A DNA stretch of 64,000 nucleotides from Octopus vulgaris (taxonomy: Eukaryota): contig OX597816.1 in assembly GCA_951406725.2 (NCBI GenBank), positions 24,180,001 to 24,244,000 of the forward strand. Direction: 5' to 3'. Under the pieces are notes generated by a model. It ran no database searches. It saw only the letters and a program-made list of their open reading frames with translations, and was not told the DNA's origin. The position numbers and the translations under genes were made by a program. This document shows positions 12,130 through 25,990 of this stretch, in pieces (the first letter of the stretch is position 1; every line of letters starts with the position of its first letter).

Positions 12130-12425
12130 CATCCAGTTGATTTGATCAACGGAACAGCCTGCGCGAGAAATTAACGTGCAAGTGACCGAGTACTCTACCG
12201 ACACGCGTACCCTGAACGTAGTTTTCAGGGATATTCAGCGTGACACAGGATATAATAAAACCAGCCCTTTGAATTACTGGTACAAATAAATTTTGCCAGA
12301 TGAGTGGAGTGTAACAACGTGAAATAAAAAGTCTTGCTCAAGTTGGCAAACGCGCTATCAGGAATTGAACTCGCGACTTTACAATCGTGAGCCGAATACC
12401 CTAATCACAAAGCCACACACCTTCA
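12130..12425 (-). mobile_element. SINE family D head with family C-type tail, diverged
   Basis: Reverse complement begins GAAGGTGTGTGGCTTTGTGATTAGGGTATTCGGCTCACGATTG, with tail ..GCAGGCTGTTCCGTTGATC. Confidence 0.65.
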
Positions 12426-12490
12426 CAGCCCATTACGTACCGATTCACAAAAAACACAAACACACACGCACACACACACACACACGCACG

Positions 12491-12572
<82 letters not shown>

Positions 12573-12595
12573 GACATTGGTAATAAACAAGTGTT

Positions 12596-12830
12596 AAGGC
12601 GGCGGGCTGGCAGAATCGTTAGCACGCCGGGCGAAATGTTTAGCAGTATTTCGGCTGCCGCTACGTTCTGAGTTCAAATTCCGCCGATGTCGACTTTGCC
12701 TTTCATCCTTTCGGGGTCGATTAAATAAGTACCAGTTACGCAGGAGGGGTCGATATAATCGACTTAATCCGTTTGTCTGTCCTTGTTTGTCCTCTCTGTG
12801 TTTAGCCCCTTGTGGGTAGTAAAGAAATAG
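12596..12830 (+). mobile_element. SINE family A with TSD
   Basis: TSD TAATAAACARGTGT at 12581-12594 and 12832-12845. Confidence 0.9.
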
Positions 12831-14584
12831 TTAATAAACAGGTGTACTGTGTTTGTGTTATCACATAGCAAACAAGCCTAGGATTGCTAGCCAAGCCAAC
12901 CGATTGATCTCTACTAAACGTGGAGAACTTTCTCAGAACAATACTTCCATCGTGCAACAGATGATGTGATTGCCTTCTTGGCTTGAGGGCAGCTTTGACT
13001 TATTTCGTTAGAGAAACAACATTTGTTACGATATCCTATCGCTTAATGCTGTTTCCAATTTAAAAGAATATGATATGGAAATAGCTTTCAACTTTGTGAT
13101 TGCTGTTTATGCGATTATTGTATGCGTGTTATTGTGTGTGTGTATGTGTTTGTGTGTGTGTGCGTGCGCTTGTGTTTGCACTGAAACTCTCATGTCCTTC
13201 TAATACGTATCTATGTACATGAGCGTGTATACGTGATTCTATGTATGTGTGTGTATTTCTATTTCTAGATAGATGCATGTATATGTGTGTATGCATGTAT
13301 ACAAATGCGGCTATGTTTGTATATATGCATATATATATATGCATGTATGTACAACTGTATATATATGTATGCGTGCATGCATGTATATTTGTATGCAGGT
13401 ATGTTGTATGTAAGTGGGTATCTGTATGCATACATACATACATAGACACACACACACACACACACACATACACACGTATACAATTTCCAAAAGAGATCTT
13501 AATAGTTTCATGCTTTAGCGATACAATAATTTGGCAGATTTATTTAACATGCCATATATCTCTAAGCAATCTCTCAAGCTCAGTGCTTCCGTTACATATA
13601 GCCTGTCTTGATCTATATAAGAGATCTGACTCTAGATATTGGTCAAAATAACTTTAACTCATCTTCTGAAAGCAGAAACAAAGCCTCTGTAACTTTAGAA
13701 GTAGATCACTTATTTTTTTCCCTTGCTCTTTTGTGACAGCTTTTGGTAGCGCGGTACTTATTTCTGTTATGTAGTGCTGCCAAAAGGAATTACTCTTTTA
13801 GCTAGTTGGTCCATATCTAAACGTTTATCCGTTGTCAGTGACACTAGCTAAAGACGAAGTTAAAGTCGCTGGCATAAAACGTTACCCCCAAATTTTTCGT
13901 TTGGCAAAATATATATTACCGTTATTTCTGTCGTTTCCAAAATTACAGAAGCCTCGCTAGAATATTCTTCATAGGAATGTCTAAAAATTCAAATGCGTTA
14001 TCTCTAAAGCTAGCTTTAACTTACGCAAATTTCCGTCTCTTTAAAAACTTTTTCGTATTCAGTATACAATTCATTTGGTTCGGTCTTATCACCAAACTAA
14101 CTGGAACCGTAAGCAAGTAAAAAGTTTCATTAATGATTCTCTTATGGTAATTTTATTTACCTTGTTTTATTGTTGTAACGAAATTTGAAGTGCCGTAGGC
14201 TAAAGCGAATAATCTCTTTCGTTGCTTACGTAGCTAAGATTATGCCTTTTAACAGTTAGCTGTCGTTAACATTTATCCATAAATCTACATTAAGTTTGTT
14301 TTCCTTCATGAAAACCAAACACATTATACATCCGAAATGTGTTTTCAGAAGTAAAGATATCCTGTCAAAAATCACAGTTAACAATATAAATTTTAAATGT
14401 GTTTATTTGGATCTCGTATATATTTAAATTTCTGCTTAGATGCATCAATCAGTTGCAGAAAAAGTAAAAACTGATATGGAAGCAATTGTTTCTGTCGATC
14501 CAAATTTGAGAAACCTTACGTTAGTGAATATTTATGTCAGTGAATAGTAGAGTAATATATTGCATTATACGTACAGAAGTGATG

Positions 14585-15167
14585 TAAGTGTGTGTGTGTA
14601 TATGTGTGTGTATGCATGTATGTATGTATGTATGTATGTAAGTATGTGTGTGTGTATGTGTGTGTATGTGTGTGTATGCATGTATGTATGTAAGTATGTG
14701 TGTATGTACTTATGTGTGTGTATGTATGTGTGTTATGTGTATGTATGTATGTATGCGTGTGTATATGTATGTATGTGTATGTATGTGTATGTATGTGTGT
14801 ATATGTATGTGTTTGTGTATGTATGAATGTGTGTGTATGTATACATGTATGTATGTATGTGTGTGTATGTATGTATGTGTGTATGTATGTATGTATGTGT
14901 GTGTATGTGTGTATGTATGTATGTATGTGTGTATGTATATGTGTTTATGTATATGTGTATACATGTGTATATGTATGTATGCATGTGTGTATGTATGTAT
15001 GCATGTGTGTATATGTCTGTATGTATGTATTCATGTGTGTGTATGTATGTATATATGCATGCATGCATGTGTGTGTATGCATGTGTGTGTATGTATGTGT
15101 GTTTGTATGTATGTATGTATGTATGTATGTATGTATGTATGTATGTGTGTGTGTGTGCGTGTGTATG
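14585..15167. repeat. long imperfect (TATG)/(TG) microsatellite
   Basis: Visible array. Confidence 0.95.
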
Positions 15168-16246
15168 AGCGTATAACTATGAGAGACTGTTAGGATGAGT
15201 GTATGTGTACATAAATATCTATACATTAATTGCTTGGGTAGCTGGTTGAATTGATGAATAAAAATGCGTTTCTTGAGCTGTGTGTAGATGTAAGTGAACA
15301 ACACACGCGAACATTTAACAGATTTTATTATCACGCATAAACAGAACTGCAATAATTACATACTAGGAGAGATACACTGCTTGAGTTTAGAACAAGCTAT
15401 TAATGCAACAATATGCGGCCTGCCCAACATGATTGGGATCAATTGGGTTCTATTCGTGACCATAGAGGTCTCTACCATCTATCTGCACCATGTGTTTTAG
15501 CCGACATCCTGGGTCGTCTGGCTGGTAAAAATATGCACCGTCTGGTGACACATATCGCTCAGCTGTTTCAACATTCTGCAATTAATTTCTGCGGAAAGTG
15601 GTCTTTTATAGAGTACAAGGAGAAGGTTCTAGATGATTCAACTACGCGATAGCTTGACGTCATTTCTTTGCTAAATAGACCGATCACGTGAAACTATTGT
15701 GTTTTGTTCGTGGTGACTGATCCCACACCACAACACCGCATCATACCACGCCGCACACACTAGCACTGACCACTTCCCAGAAGCTACGCCATCATCCACA
15801 CACCTATACATGCACACACGCACACATCAATGTCACCATCCCCTTCCACACGCATGCACACATACATACATGATCTCACATATATATGCACGCGCACCTT
15901 CGTTTTGGGATCACCACTACTTTATTATCCCCCCTTCTTCCTAGCTCTCCTGTGTGACCCCTCAGTCCGACATTCGCCATGATAGATCACCAGTCACTAT
16001 ACCCTTTTCTATTTTCTCTCCCTGTTTACTTCTGAGTTTCTTTCTGTCGAAGAGCGTAGGCTCGAAACGTGAAAGACTTTCTCACTTCCCGAACGTTAAA
16101 CTAATACATCTGTTTGTTGTTGACACACTCGTCTTCGTCTTTTGTTTTTTTGTAAATTCTCACTATTTTGACTATTTATTAAAATTTTATGTATTGATTA
16201 AGTCTTTCCTTGTTTGTTTTGCAAAATAGTGGTTTTGTCTCTAATA

Positions 16247-16342
<96 letters not shown>

Positions 16343-16513
16343 TGTGTGTATGTATGTATATTCAGCTGAAGAAACGGTAAAAAATGCACAGCAGTCACGG
16401 CATCTTTCACTGCATGGAGTACACAACTGAGATCGCAGTATGTACTTATTCAAATTAAAAAGTATTTTTTAAAAATTGATTTATTTAGTTTGTACAATAA
16501 ATGTGAAACTAGT

Positions 16514-16545
<32 letters not shown>

Positions 16546-16603
16546 TGTATGTATGTATGTATGTATGTATGTATGTATGTATGTATGTATGTATGTATAT
16601 ATG

Positions 16604-16688
<85 letters not shown>

Positions 16689-16689
16689 G

Positions 16690-16936
16690 TGGGGTTACAG
16701 CAGCGGACTCGCGGGTTCGATCTCAGACCGGCCGATGTGTATGTTTATGAGCGAAACAATTAGGCTCCACGCGGCTCCGGCAGAAGGTAATGGCGAAATT
16801 TTGCTGACTCTTTCGCCATAACTTTCTCTCACTCTTTCCTCACCTGCGACGGACCAGCGTCCCGTCGAGGTGGGGAAACTATACGCCAAGGAAACCGGGA
16901 AACCGGCCCTTATGAGGCATGGTTCGAGAATGAACA

Positions 16937-16940
<4 letters not shown>
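16690..16940 (+). mobile_element. SINE family C, 5'-clipped
   Basis: GGTTACAGCAGCGGACTCGCGG.. head and GAAACCGGGAAACCGGCCCTTATGAG tail. Confidence 0.75.
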
Positions 16941-16982
<42 letters not shown>

Positions 16983-16987
16983 CATAC

Positions 16988-17025
<38 letters not shown>

Positions 17026-17319
17026 ATATATATGTATATATATATATATGTATATATATAAAGATTTACATATAGATATAGATATGGTTAGGATGAAGTA
17101 TGACAATACAAGCGTATATGAGTATTATTTTGGAAGAGACTTGTGTGTATGTGTTGGCACTGGCCGTAGTTGTCAGTAAGTGTGTGTGTCTGTGTGTGTG
17201 TGTGTGTGTGAGTACGCGTGTGTGTGGAGAAGAGTGAGAGAGAGGTGGAGAGATAGATATTAAGAAGAATTGAAGAAATGAGATATAATGATATATAAGA
17301 TGAAAAACGATAGAGGCGG

Positions 17320-17364
<45 letters not shown>

Positions 17365-17829
17365 TAAGAGGAATGAGTTAGAGAAAAAAAGGAAGGAAAT
17401 TCAATGTTCCAGGTATATAAAAACAGCAAAGAGCATGAATACCTACACACACACAAACACACGAGGATGGGAGCATGCGTGATACGGGTAAGGAAGCTGC
17501 AGGGAAAAAGTGTGAATTAATGCAATATCTATGCTTTGATTTCTCGTTACTCAAAATGCAGTCTGCTTCCAATGGAGTAAGGTCAGTTAGTTCTGAGAAG
17601 CTAAGAAGTACGTTTTTGGAAAATGTTATTGATTTGAAATGGGGGTTAACAGGGTCTTGTTTATAAATTAATTATCATTTGCATAGCTGCAATAATACAA
17701 AATTGATCATATATAGATGAAAACATATTATATATGCATATATAAAAATAACATACATATATACATAAGTATATATATACACACACACATACACACATAT
17801 ATGTATATATAAATATATCTAAACATATG

Positions 17830-17876
<47 letters not shown>

Positions 17877-18129
17877 GTATATGTGTGTGTGTGTATAATT
17901 AGAATTAAGGGTATTAAAAGGGATACCACCATGTTAGATATAGCAGTCAAAACCTAACTCTAAGACCACATCATGTATTCATACAGTACAGGTGAAAAGA
18001 TAACCGAACAAATAAACTAGCAAAAGTTTATTTGTAGGTGGTAGAGTATTCCTCGTTGTGCATCAACTCTCTTACCACACAGCTACACCTGCGCCTATAA
18101 CTATGTCTATTTATCTATCCAGCCATCCA

Positions 18130-18193
<64 letters not shown>

Positions 18194-18344
18194 ATATATA
18201 TATATAATCGCCTTGATAGATCGCTAGCCACTACACATTTTTTAATTTTCTCTCCTTGTTTCTTTCTGTGTTCCTTTCTGTCGAAGAGCGTAGGCTCGAA
18301 ACGTTAAAGACTTTTTCACTTCCCGAGCGTTAAACTAATACACA

Positions 18345-18431
<87 letters not shown>

Positions 18432-18434
18432 ATA

Positions 18435-18833
18435 CTAGCAGTATCGCCCGGCGTTGCTCGGGTTTGTAAGGGAAATAACTATATAAGCATTTTTAGAGAG
18501 TTATAGCCAAAAAAATAGCAAAAAATGCATTAAAAATGGAAAAAAAATTAAGGTAAATTTTTTTTTTAAATCGTTGACACATCGTAGATATTTTTAGAGA
18601 GTTACTTCCCTTATATAATAGCGAAAAAAATGCATTAAAATGGAAAAATATGATGGTAAATATGTTTTAAATCGTAGACTCATCGTAGACGCGCGCTAAT
18701 ACCCAGAAGGGCTCGATATGAATCACGACTATAAGATACCCGCTTTTGGTTAAACTGCACCGCAAAATGTGGGAGTAGTTACGAATCTAAATCGTAGGAG
18801 ACAGACACACAACTTCACTTTTATATATAAAGA
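18435..18833 (-). mobile_element. non-autonomous Helitron (~400 bp)
   Basis: Reverse complement starts A|TCTTTATATATAAAA and ends CCCGAGCAACGCCGGG (hairpin) CGATACTG CTAG|T, with no TSD. Confidence 0.85.
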
Positions 18834-19107
18834 TATAAGCCACGTAGTTATATACACATACTTTGTTATATACACATTCTTAAAAGAAAATGTTATTTTG
18901 AGCACAACATTTATAAAGAATAAAATATTTTTTGGTTTTTCTTTTAAACGGATGCATACATTTATTAATAACTATATATAAGTGTCGTCTGTTTATACAT
19001 AAACACTGTTTCATACTGCAATTATATATACATATATCTATATATAATATTATATAATAAAATATATACAGAATATGTGTATATATTTATGTATGTATAA
19101 ATATATA

Positions 19108-20163
19108 CTGAAAGAAGCTCGGCTCGCCAATTAATACTACCAAAATTTAACGACAGAAAGTAAATTAAAAACCAATTTACCTTTTCTGTATTGTTATGGC
19201 AATCCGACCGTCGGTGTGTTTTTGCAAATGTGTTCGAATGAGAAGTGAGTTGTGTTTGGCGCCTTTTTTACTAATAACAAATACACACGTGTTTGTATGT
19301 AGTTGTTTGAAACGTTTGTGTTTGTCACTGTCATATATGTATGTGTATGCGTGTGTGTGAGGAATGGCAAACCAGATAGATAGCGCGCGAATATCTTTTG
19401 AAGTTCGCGCTTCGCTTGTGTGTGTGTGTGTGCGTACTTTAGGTGTACGTAGGCATATGTACTCTCTCTGTCTCTTTACACACACTAACAAAAGCACTTC
19501 ACTTACACACCACACTTTCTGTGTCGCACATCCCATCAAACACACACACACACACACACACTCACGCACGCACACATGTACATCAATGCTTTCGGAGTGA
19601 AATGTTAAAATATTGAGTTTTCTCGAATTTTGTCTTAATTGGGGGTGAAATTGAAAGAAATTTTGTATGGCATGACCGAATGGAAGTACTTTGAAAAATC
19701 ATAGGTAAACTCTAATTGAAGAAATTGTGTGAGGAGTAAATCGTTATGTATTTATTTGTTTCTGTTCGCTGTTTTTTTCTTTGAGTAGTGGTTTAAGGTA
19801 CACTTCTCTCGTTTTATAGAAATAGTTTCACTTTAATCGTTGCACACTTGCAAAGAGAAAGGAGTAGAAATTAGGGTGATAGCGTGAGTGAAGTAGATCG
19901 CTCCGGTTTTTGTGTGTGTGTGTGTGTGTGTGTGCGTGTGCTGTAGCCCACACTAAGAAAAGCACTTGACTTACACACCACAATGTGAGTTTTCTCTAAA
20001 TTTTGCGTAATTGGGGTTGAAATTTTAAAAACCGGACCTGGTACGACCCGATTTATTCTACTCTTAAAAATGCTAGGTAAATTGTAATTGAAGAAATCCT
20101 ATATTGTAGATTTCTATAAGAGACAAAGGGAGGCAGATAAAATCTGCCTTTTATAATAAGAGA
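19108..20163 (-). mobile_element. possible older non-autonomous Helitron
   Basis: Reverse complement starts A|TCTCTTATTATAAAAGGCAG. The 3' end is degenerate, and there is an internal duplication (about 19425-19660 vs 19910-20030). Confidence 0.4.
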
Positions 20164-20182
20164 TATATATTTATGTATATGT

Positions 20183-20217
<35 letters not shown>

Positions 20218-20297
20218 AGCTCCTTCCCATGCAGTCATGCATGCGCTGTCAAGTGATAGTGAGAGGATAAACAGAGACACACAAACATACACGCGCG

Positions 20298-20333
<36 letters not shown>

Positions 20334-20339
20334 TCTGTA

Positions 20340-20572
20340 CATTTAAACACAAGAGAAAACTACCCTTTAACAGGTAATTTTTACACGCTAGAAGAACCAG
20401 TCAAAACGACCAAAAACCACATTTAAGAGCAATTTTCGAAGGGAATGAAAAATAAAAACTTTTACCTTGTTATTTTTGTACCGTTATACCTAGGTTTCAG
20501 ATTTCTTCAGCAAATAAAATAATTTGCTAGGCGAATTACCTGTTAAAGGTAGTTTTCTCTTGTGTTTAAATG
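20340..20572. mobile_element. small fold-back element (~40-bp inverted arms) with hammerhead-like remnant
   Basis: 20340-20379 is the inverse of 20534-20572. Minus strand 20484-20513 reads CTGAAGA AATCT GAAA CCTAGG TA. Confidence 0.65.
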
Positions 20573-20746
20573 AGCACTATTTTATATTGAGAATATGTTG
20601 TCTATTGACTCTTTATAAATGCAAGGCCACTGGTGGTGAAATTTCTAAAAATATTTGCCATCCTATATATTTACGAATATATATATATATATGATTGATT
20701 GATTCCAGTTCCAGCCTATGAGCTGTGGCCATGCTGGGGCACCGCC

Positions 20747-20785
<39 letters not shown>

Positions 20786-20909
20786 TTCGTGTTTGTGTGT
20801 GTGCGTGTGTGTATGTATTAGGAGAATATGGAAGAAACTATTGCCTGCAAAACAGTGCAATACATGTATGTATTGATCCTTTTTATCTTTTTTTTTTACT
20901 TATTTTAGT

Positions 20910-21148
20910 CATTAGACTGCGCCCAGGCTGGTGCACCGCCTTGAAGTCATGTTAGTTGAATGAATCGACCTCAGTATTTCTTGTTTTCTGTTAAGCCTGG
21001 TACTTTTTCTATCGGTTTGATATTGCCGAACCTCCAAGTTACGGGGACGTAAACACACCAACACCGGTTGTCAAGCTGTATTGGGTGGAGGGACAAACAC
21101 AGGCGCAAAGATATACAAACATACATACATACATACATACATACATAA

Positions 21149-21218
<70 letters not shown>

Positions 21219-21355
21219 GACGGGCTTCTTTCAGTTTCCGTCTACCAAATCCACTTCACAAGGCATTGGCCGGCCTGGGGCTATAGTAGAAGACACTTAC
21301 CCAAGGTGCCACTCAGTGGCACTAAACATGGCACCTTGTGTTTGGGAAGCAAGAT
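20910..21355 (-). mobile_element. SINE family B
   Basis: Family B blocks around an internal microsatellite. Confidence 0.75.
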
Positions 21356-21514
21356 TATTCTAATTTGCTGGAAGCAACATTTGTCGCATATGCACTAGTA
21401 TGTGTGTGTGTGTGTGTGTGTGCGCGCGTTTGTATGTGTGTGTGTCTGTGTGTGTGTGCACTCGTGTTTGCGTGCATAACAGAAAAAGTAAGACAGAAAG
21501 AGATAGATAAATAT

Positions 21515-21632
<118 letters not shown>

Positions 21633-21936
21633 TTCCATCAGAAGGTCCATTTCTTTCCGTATTCGTTCTAAATATATTTCTCTTTCATCTTTTGAATGTG
21701 TTAGACCAAATTTTTCTTACTTCCTCGTGTAGTCTTGCTTATGCGCTGAGCTTCCAAAAGATGAGAATATTACAACTAAAACTTATTACAGTAGCAGATC
21801 GATAATTATTTTTTTTCTTATATGTTTCGTTCAGTTTTTAGCATTAACCTAATGCCTCAGTAATATTCTTGCCAAGCTCTTTCTTCCATTTGTGTGTTGT
21901 ACTGTACCACACACACACACACAAAGACACACACAC

Positions 21937-21994
<58 letters not shown>

Positions 21995-21996
<2 letters not shown>

Positions 21997-22057
21997 TGGG
22001 CTGATGACGGAAATGTTGATCTCTATATGCAACTAATCCAGAAACACCGTTCTCAAG
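21995..22057 (+). ncRNA. type I hammerhead motif at the start of a solo pLTR-like module (21995-22240)
   Basis: CTTGGG CTGATGA cGGA..GTTG..CAAC..TCCa GAAA CACCG TT CTCAAG, beginning directly after (TA)n. The module end GGCTGCTATTTCTAA..TTCGGT.TGTGGT resembles 1980-2047 and the inverse of 7944-8018. Confidence 0.65.
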
Positions 22058-22342
22058 TAATCGATGTACGTGTGATCTTTCGTTATTTTTCCCTCTATAC
22101 CTGCATGAATTATTTTTGAGTATACATTGTCTGGGAGACTTTTCTGATAGTAGAGGAAATAGCTAAAGTCTTTTGGCTGCTATTTCTAAAAGTTCGGTGT
22201 GTGGTAAAGTTATTTTTTTTTTTACTGAACCCTAATTATACAACGTAATGTTTTAAATATACCGTAAATGGTCTTTTTACATACTGAACACTACCTGGTA
22301 AAATTGATAATTAATAATTAATTAATTTTACCCTTTTATTAT

Positions 22343-22395
<53 letters not shown>

Positions 22396-22740
22396 ATGTA
22401 TGTATGTATGTATATATTTATATGTATATATATATGCAAAAAATCTCCATAGACTAGAAACACTAACATTAGTTCTACCCTAGGAAGAATTAGAATCTCT
22501 ATGAAGATTCTTCTAATTCACGCAATATCAGTATAAGTTTTAAAAGAAGGTGATGAGCAGACAGAATCGTTAGCACGCCGGACAAAATGCTTAGCGGCAT
22601 TTCGTCCGTCTTTACGCTCTGAGTTCAAATTTTCGCCGAGGTCGACTTTGCTTTTCATTCTCTCGAGATGGATTTAATCGTCTTACACCATTCCCTGAAA
22701 TTGCTGGCCTCGTGCCAAAATTAGAAACCAATATATGGTA

Positions 22741-23133
22741 TCTTTATGTATAAAAGTGAAGTTGTGTGTCTGTCTCCTACGATTTAGTTTCCTAACTACT
22801 CCCACATTTTGCGGTGCAGTTTACCCAAATTCGGGTATCTTATAGTCGTGATTCATATCGAGCCCTTATGGGTATTAGCGCGCGTCTACGATGAGTCTAC
22901 GATTAAAAAAATTTACCATCATTTTTTTCCATTTAATGCATTTTTTTCACTATTATATTAGGGAAGTAACTCTCTAAAAATGTCTACGATGAGTCAACGA
23001 TTAAAAAAAAAATTACCATCAATTTTTTCCCATTTTAATGCATTTTTTTGCTATTTTTTGGCTATAACTCTCTAAAAATGCTTATATAGTTATTTCCCTT
23101 ACAAACCCGAGCAACGCCGGGCGATACTGCTAG
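22741..23133 (+). mobile_element. non-autonomous Helitron, same family as 18435-18833
   Basis: A|TC start, subterminal hairpin CCCGAGCAACGCCGGG and CTAG|T end. Confidence 0.85.
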
Positions 23134-23279
23134 TAATATATAAACAGCAAAACCGTTGTAAACTATGAAATCAAGAACCACTTAACGAGCTTAAACCCGA
23201 CGAGAAGGAAAGACAATTTAGAACAACAAATACACAAAATAGAAAAGATCCAGACAAGAAACACATCAAACAAATAATT

Positions 23280-24050
23280 CCATCGTCAACTGCCTAACGG
23301 AGAAGTATTTGCATGTTCTTCGCTTTTTCTTATCTCTGCTTCTTACTCTAAAATGTTGTAGATTTTATTAGATTTCTTCTCGTCAAGATTACTTTGACGT
23401 TTATTTCTAAACCGAATTTCATGTAATGAAATTTTTTACGGAATCCGTGTACTGTGTGTAACAACATTTCCGGTTATTTGATCATGTGTAGCCTGGGGTC
23501 ATCTATATAGAAAATATATTTGATTATCCCGCTATATCATTTATATACGAGTTCAGTCTCTATTTTATCATGTTAGCTAAAGGTTGTAATCCTAATCAGA
23601 AACGGAGTAGAAATTGAGAGCCGTATTTCGATATTCCTTTTCTAAAATGAATAGAATTGGTTTTTTGTTAGAATCTGTAGAATTGTTTTTTTATGTGCCT
23701 CCTTGTTAATGGTGCTACTTTATCATGAGTAATGTCTCCATAATCCACAGATGGAGAACATTGCCAAAAGCCATCGCAATCAATCGATACTACACTTAGA
23801 TCCTTTTCTGTTATTCTACATGTTTCAGTTATGACCGGGTTGATAATTGAGTTTTATGACCATATGAGACTTTGTAGTATCCATTCGGTTCTGGAAGTTT
23901 TTTTCTTTTTTCTTTCATGTAGGCATTCGTCCTTTGTGAGTTAAATCTAGGCAGATTATAGGGATGTAGTTTTGGAGGTTTGCTGTTTTCTCTGAGATTA
24001 AAATAGTTTTTGTTTAACATGCTGTTCATATGTTGTTTTTTGTTTTAGCT
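23280..24050 (-). pseudogene. possible highly degraded Penelope-like ORF remnant
   Basis: Weak motif echoes only (NSMLN, PNGY, NILE) in PLE order, with many stops. Confidence 0.25.
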
Positions 24051-24064
24051 ATTTCAGCAGATCC

Positions 24065-24404
24065 GGAGGCGCAATGGCCCAGTGGTTAGGGCAGCGGACT
24101 CGCGGTCATAGGATCGCGGTTTCGATTCCCAGACCGGGCGTTGTGAGTGTTTATTGAGCGAAAACACCTAAAGCTCCACGAGGCTCCGGTGATCCCTGCT
24201 GTACTCTTTCACCACTACTTTCTCTCACTCTTATTTCCTGTTTCTGTTGTACCTGTATTTCAAAGGACCGGCCTTGTCACTCTCTGTGTCACGCTGAATA
24301 TCCCTGAGAACAACGTTAAGGGTACACGTGTCTTTCACGAGCAGGCTGTTCCGTTGATTCGGATCAACCGGAACCCTCGTCGTCGTAACCGACGGAGTGC
24401 TTCC
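24065..24404 (+). mobile_element. SINE family C (tRNA-Arg-like head, resembles octopus OR-type SINEs) with TSD
   Basis: GGAGGCGCAATGGCCCAGTGGTTAGGGCAGCGGACTCGCGGTC..GGTTTCGATTCCC head. TSD ATTTCAGCAGATCC at 24051-24064 and 24405-24418. Confidence 0.9.
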
Positions 24405-24644
24405 ATTTCAGCAGATCCAAAGGTATTTTCGCCACCGTTCAGTATTTCAACGAGAAGCTGGAACTTTTTAAAGCTCTTTTTGCTTTCTAATTGGTTATCT
24501 TTTTGTAAAGATTGCTAATTTTTGTCTTGTGAAAGCTTCTAATGATATCCAATTGCTTACTCGATACTTTCAGTATTCTTCAAATGCTTGGTGGATGCTT
24601 TCAATATTCTCACCCTTGACAATCTCTTTTTGGTACTTACTCTT

Positions 24645-24748
24645 CCTCCAAATCCTTCTACTTCGCTTTCTGTTGGTACCTCATTGATTTCTGTCCTATT
24701 TTTGCCAAGCACTTGATAAAATCGTTTGGGTTGATGTCAAACTGTTTA
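24645..24748 (-). pseudogene. short R4/Dong-type LINE pre-RT fragment (also about 25232-25322 and 26610-26715)
   Basis: With two frameshifts it reads KQFDINPKRFYQVLGKNRTEINEVPTESEVEGFWRK, resembling the F..N.K.FY..L...P...E...FW motif upstream of RT in RLE-clade elements. Confidence 0.5.
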
Positions 24749-24790
24749 TATTTGATCAAATAATTGTTGTTTGCATCCATAAAACCATTT

Positions 24791-25087
24791 GGGGGCACAT
24801 AGCCTAGTGGTTAGAGCAGCGGACTCGCGGTCGAGGGATCGCGGGTTCGAATCTCTGATCGGGTGATGTGTGTGTTTATGAGCGAAACACCTAAGCTCCA
24901 TGCGGCTCCAGCAGAAGGTAATGGCGACCTTCTGCTGACTCTTTCGCCACAACTTTCTCTCATTCTTTCCTCCTGCATCTTGCAGCTCACCTGTGACGGA
25001 CCGGCGTCCCATCCAGATGGGGAACCTATACGCCAAGGAAACCGGAAAACCGGCCCTTATGAGCCAGGCGTGGCTCGAGAAGGAAAA
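24791..25087 (+). mobile_element. SINE family C variant with TSD
   Basis: TSD ATAAAACCATTT at 24779-24790 and 25088-25099. Duplicated at 26757-27052. Confidence 0.9.
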
Positions 25088-25430
25088 ATAAAACCATTTC
25101 AAATACTCCTGATCTAGTGTTCGTAAAAGGCTTCATTTTTTTTTCATTTAATATTTCAATAAATTTCATCAGACATAATGTTACAGTTAGAGCTATACAA
25201 AATTTTTGAGAAGTGTGGCAAGCATCGAAGGTCCTTCTTCGCTTTCTGTTGGTACATCACCGGTTTCTATCTTATTTTTATCAAGCTCTTGATAAAATCG
25301 TTTGGGTTGGAGTCAAGCTGTTTCCATCCATAACACCATTTCAAATACTCCTGCTCTGATGCTTGTAAAAGGCTTCATATTTTTCATTTAATATTTCAAT
25401 AAGTTTTATCATTCATAATGTTATAGTTGT

Positions 25431-25725
25431 GGAGGCGCAATGGCACAGTGGTTAGGGCAGCGGACTCGCGGTCGGAGGATCGCGGATTCGATTCCCAGAC
25501 AAGGCATTGTGTGTGTTTATTGAGCGAAAACACTTAAAGGCTTCACGAGGCTCCGGCAGGGGGTGGTGGCAACCCTGTTGTACTCTTTCGCCACCACTTT
25601 CTCTTCCTGTTTCTTGAGTAACGCTGCGATGGACTGGTGTCCCGTCCAGCTGGGGGGTACACGTACGCCACAGAAACCGGGAAACCGGGCCAATGAGCCT
25701 GGCTAGGCTTGAAAAGGGCGAAAAA
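25431..25725 (+). mobile_element. SINE family C with TSD
   Basis: TSD AATGTTRTAGTT at 25417-25428 and 25726-25737. Confidence 0.85.
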
Positions 25726-25990
25726 AATGTTGTAGTTAGAACTATATAGAATTGTTGAGAAGTGTAGAAAACAACATCGAGGTGTCTATATAGTTTAGTT
25801 TATGCTGTTGTAGGCCGCACTGGTGTCTGATTTTTTTGCCGGTTAGTTAAAGTATTCTGTTTGGTTATCTGTATGTTAAAATATTTGGCTTTTTTCCAAA
25901 TTACGTTCATGGACCACATATACGTGTTTGAGCTAGGTACTTTGAACATTTTTATATCATTACTAGTAAGCCTTTTCTAGTAGTAGTAGT

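Noticed and set aside
13535-14520. Repeat-free AT-rich stretch that might hide a pseudogene
   Set aside because: No sustained reading frame or recognisable motif on either strand.
24065-24140. Functional tRNA-Arg genes at family C heads
   Set aside because: Imperfect cloverleaf, continues into a SINE body, and is flanked by TSDs.
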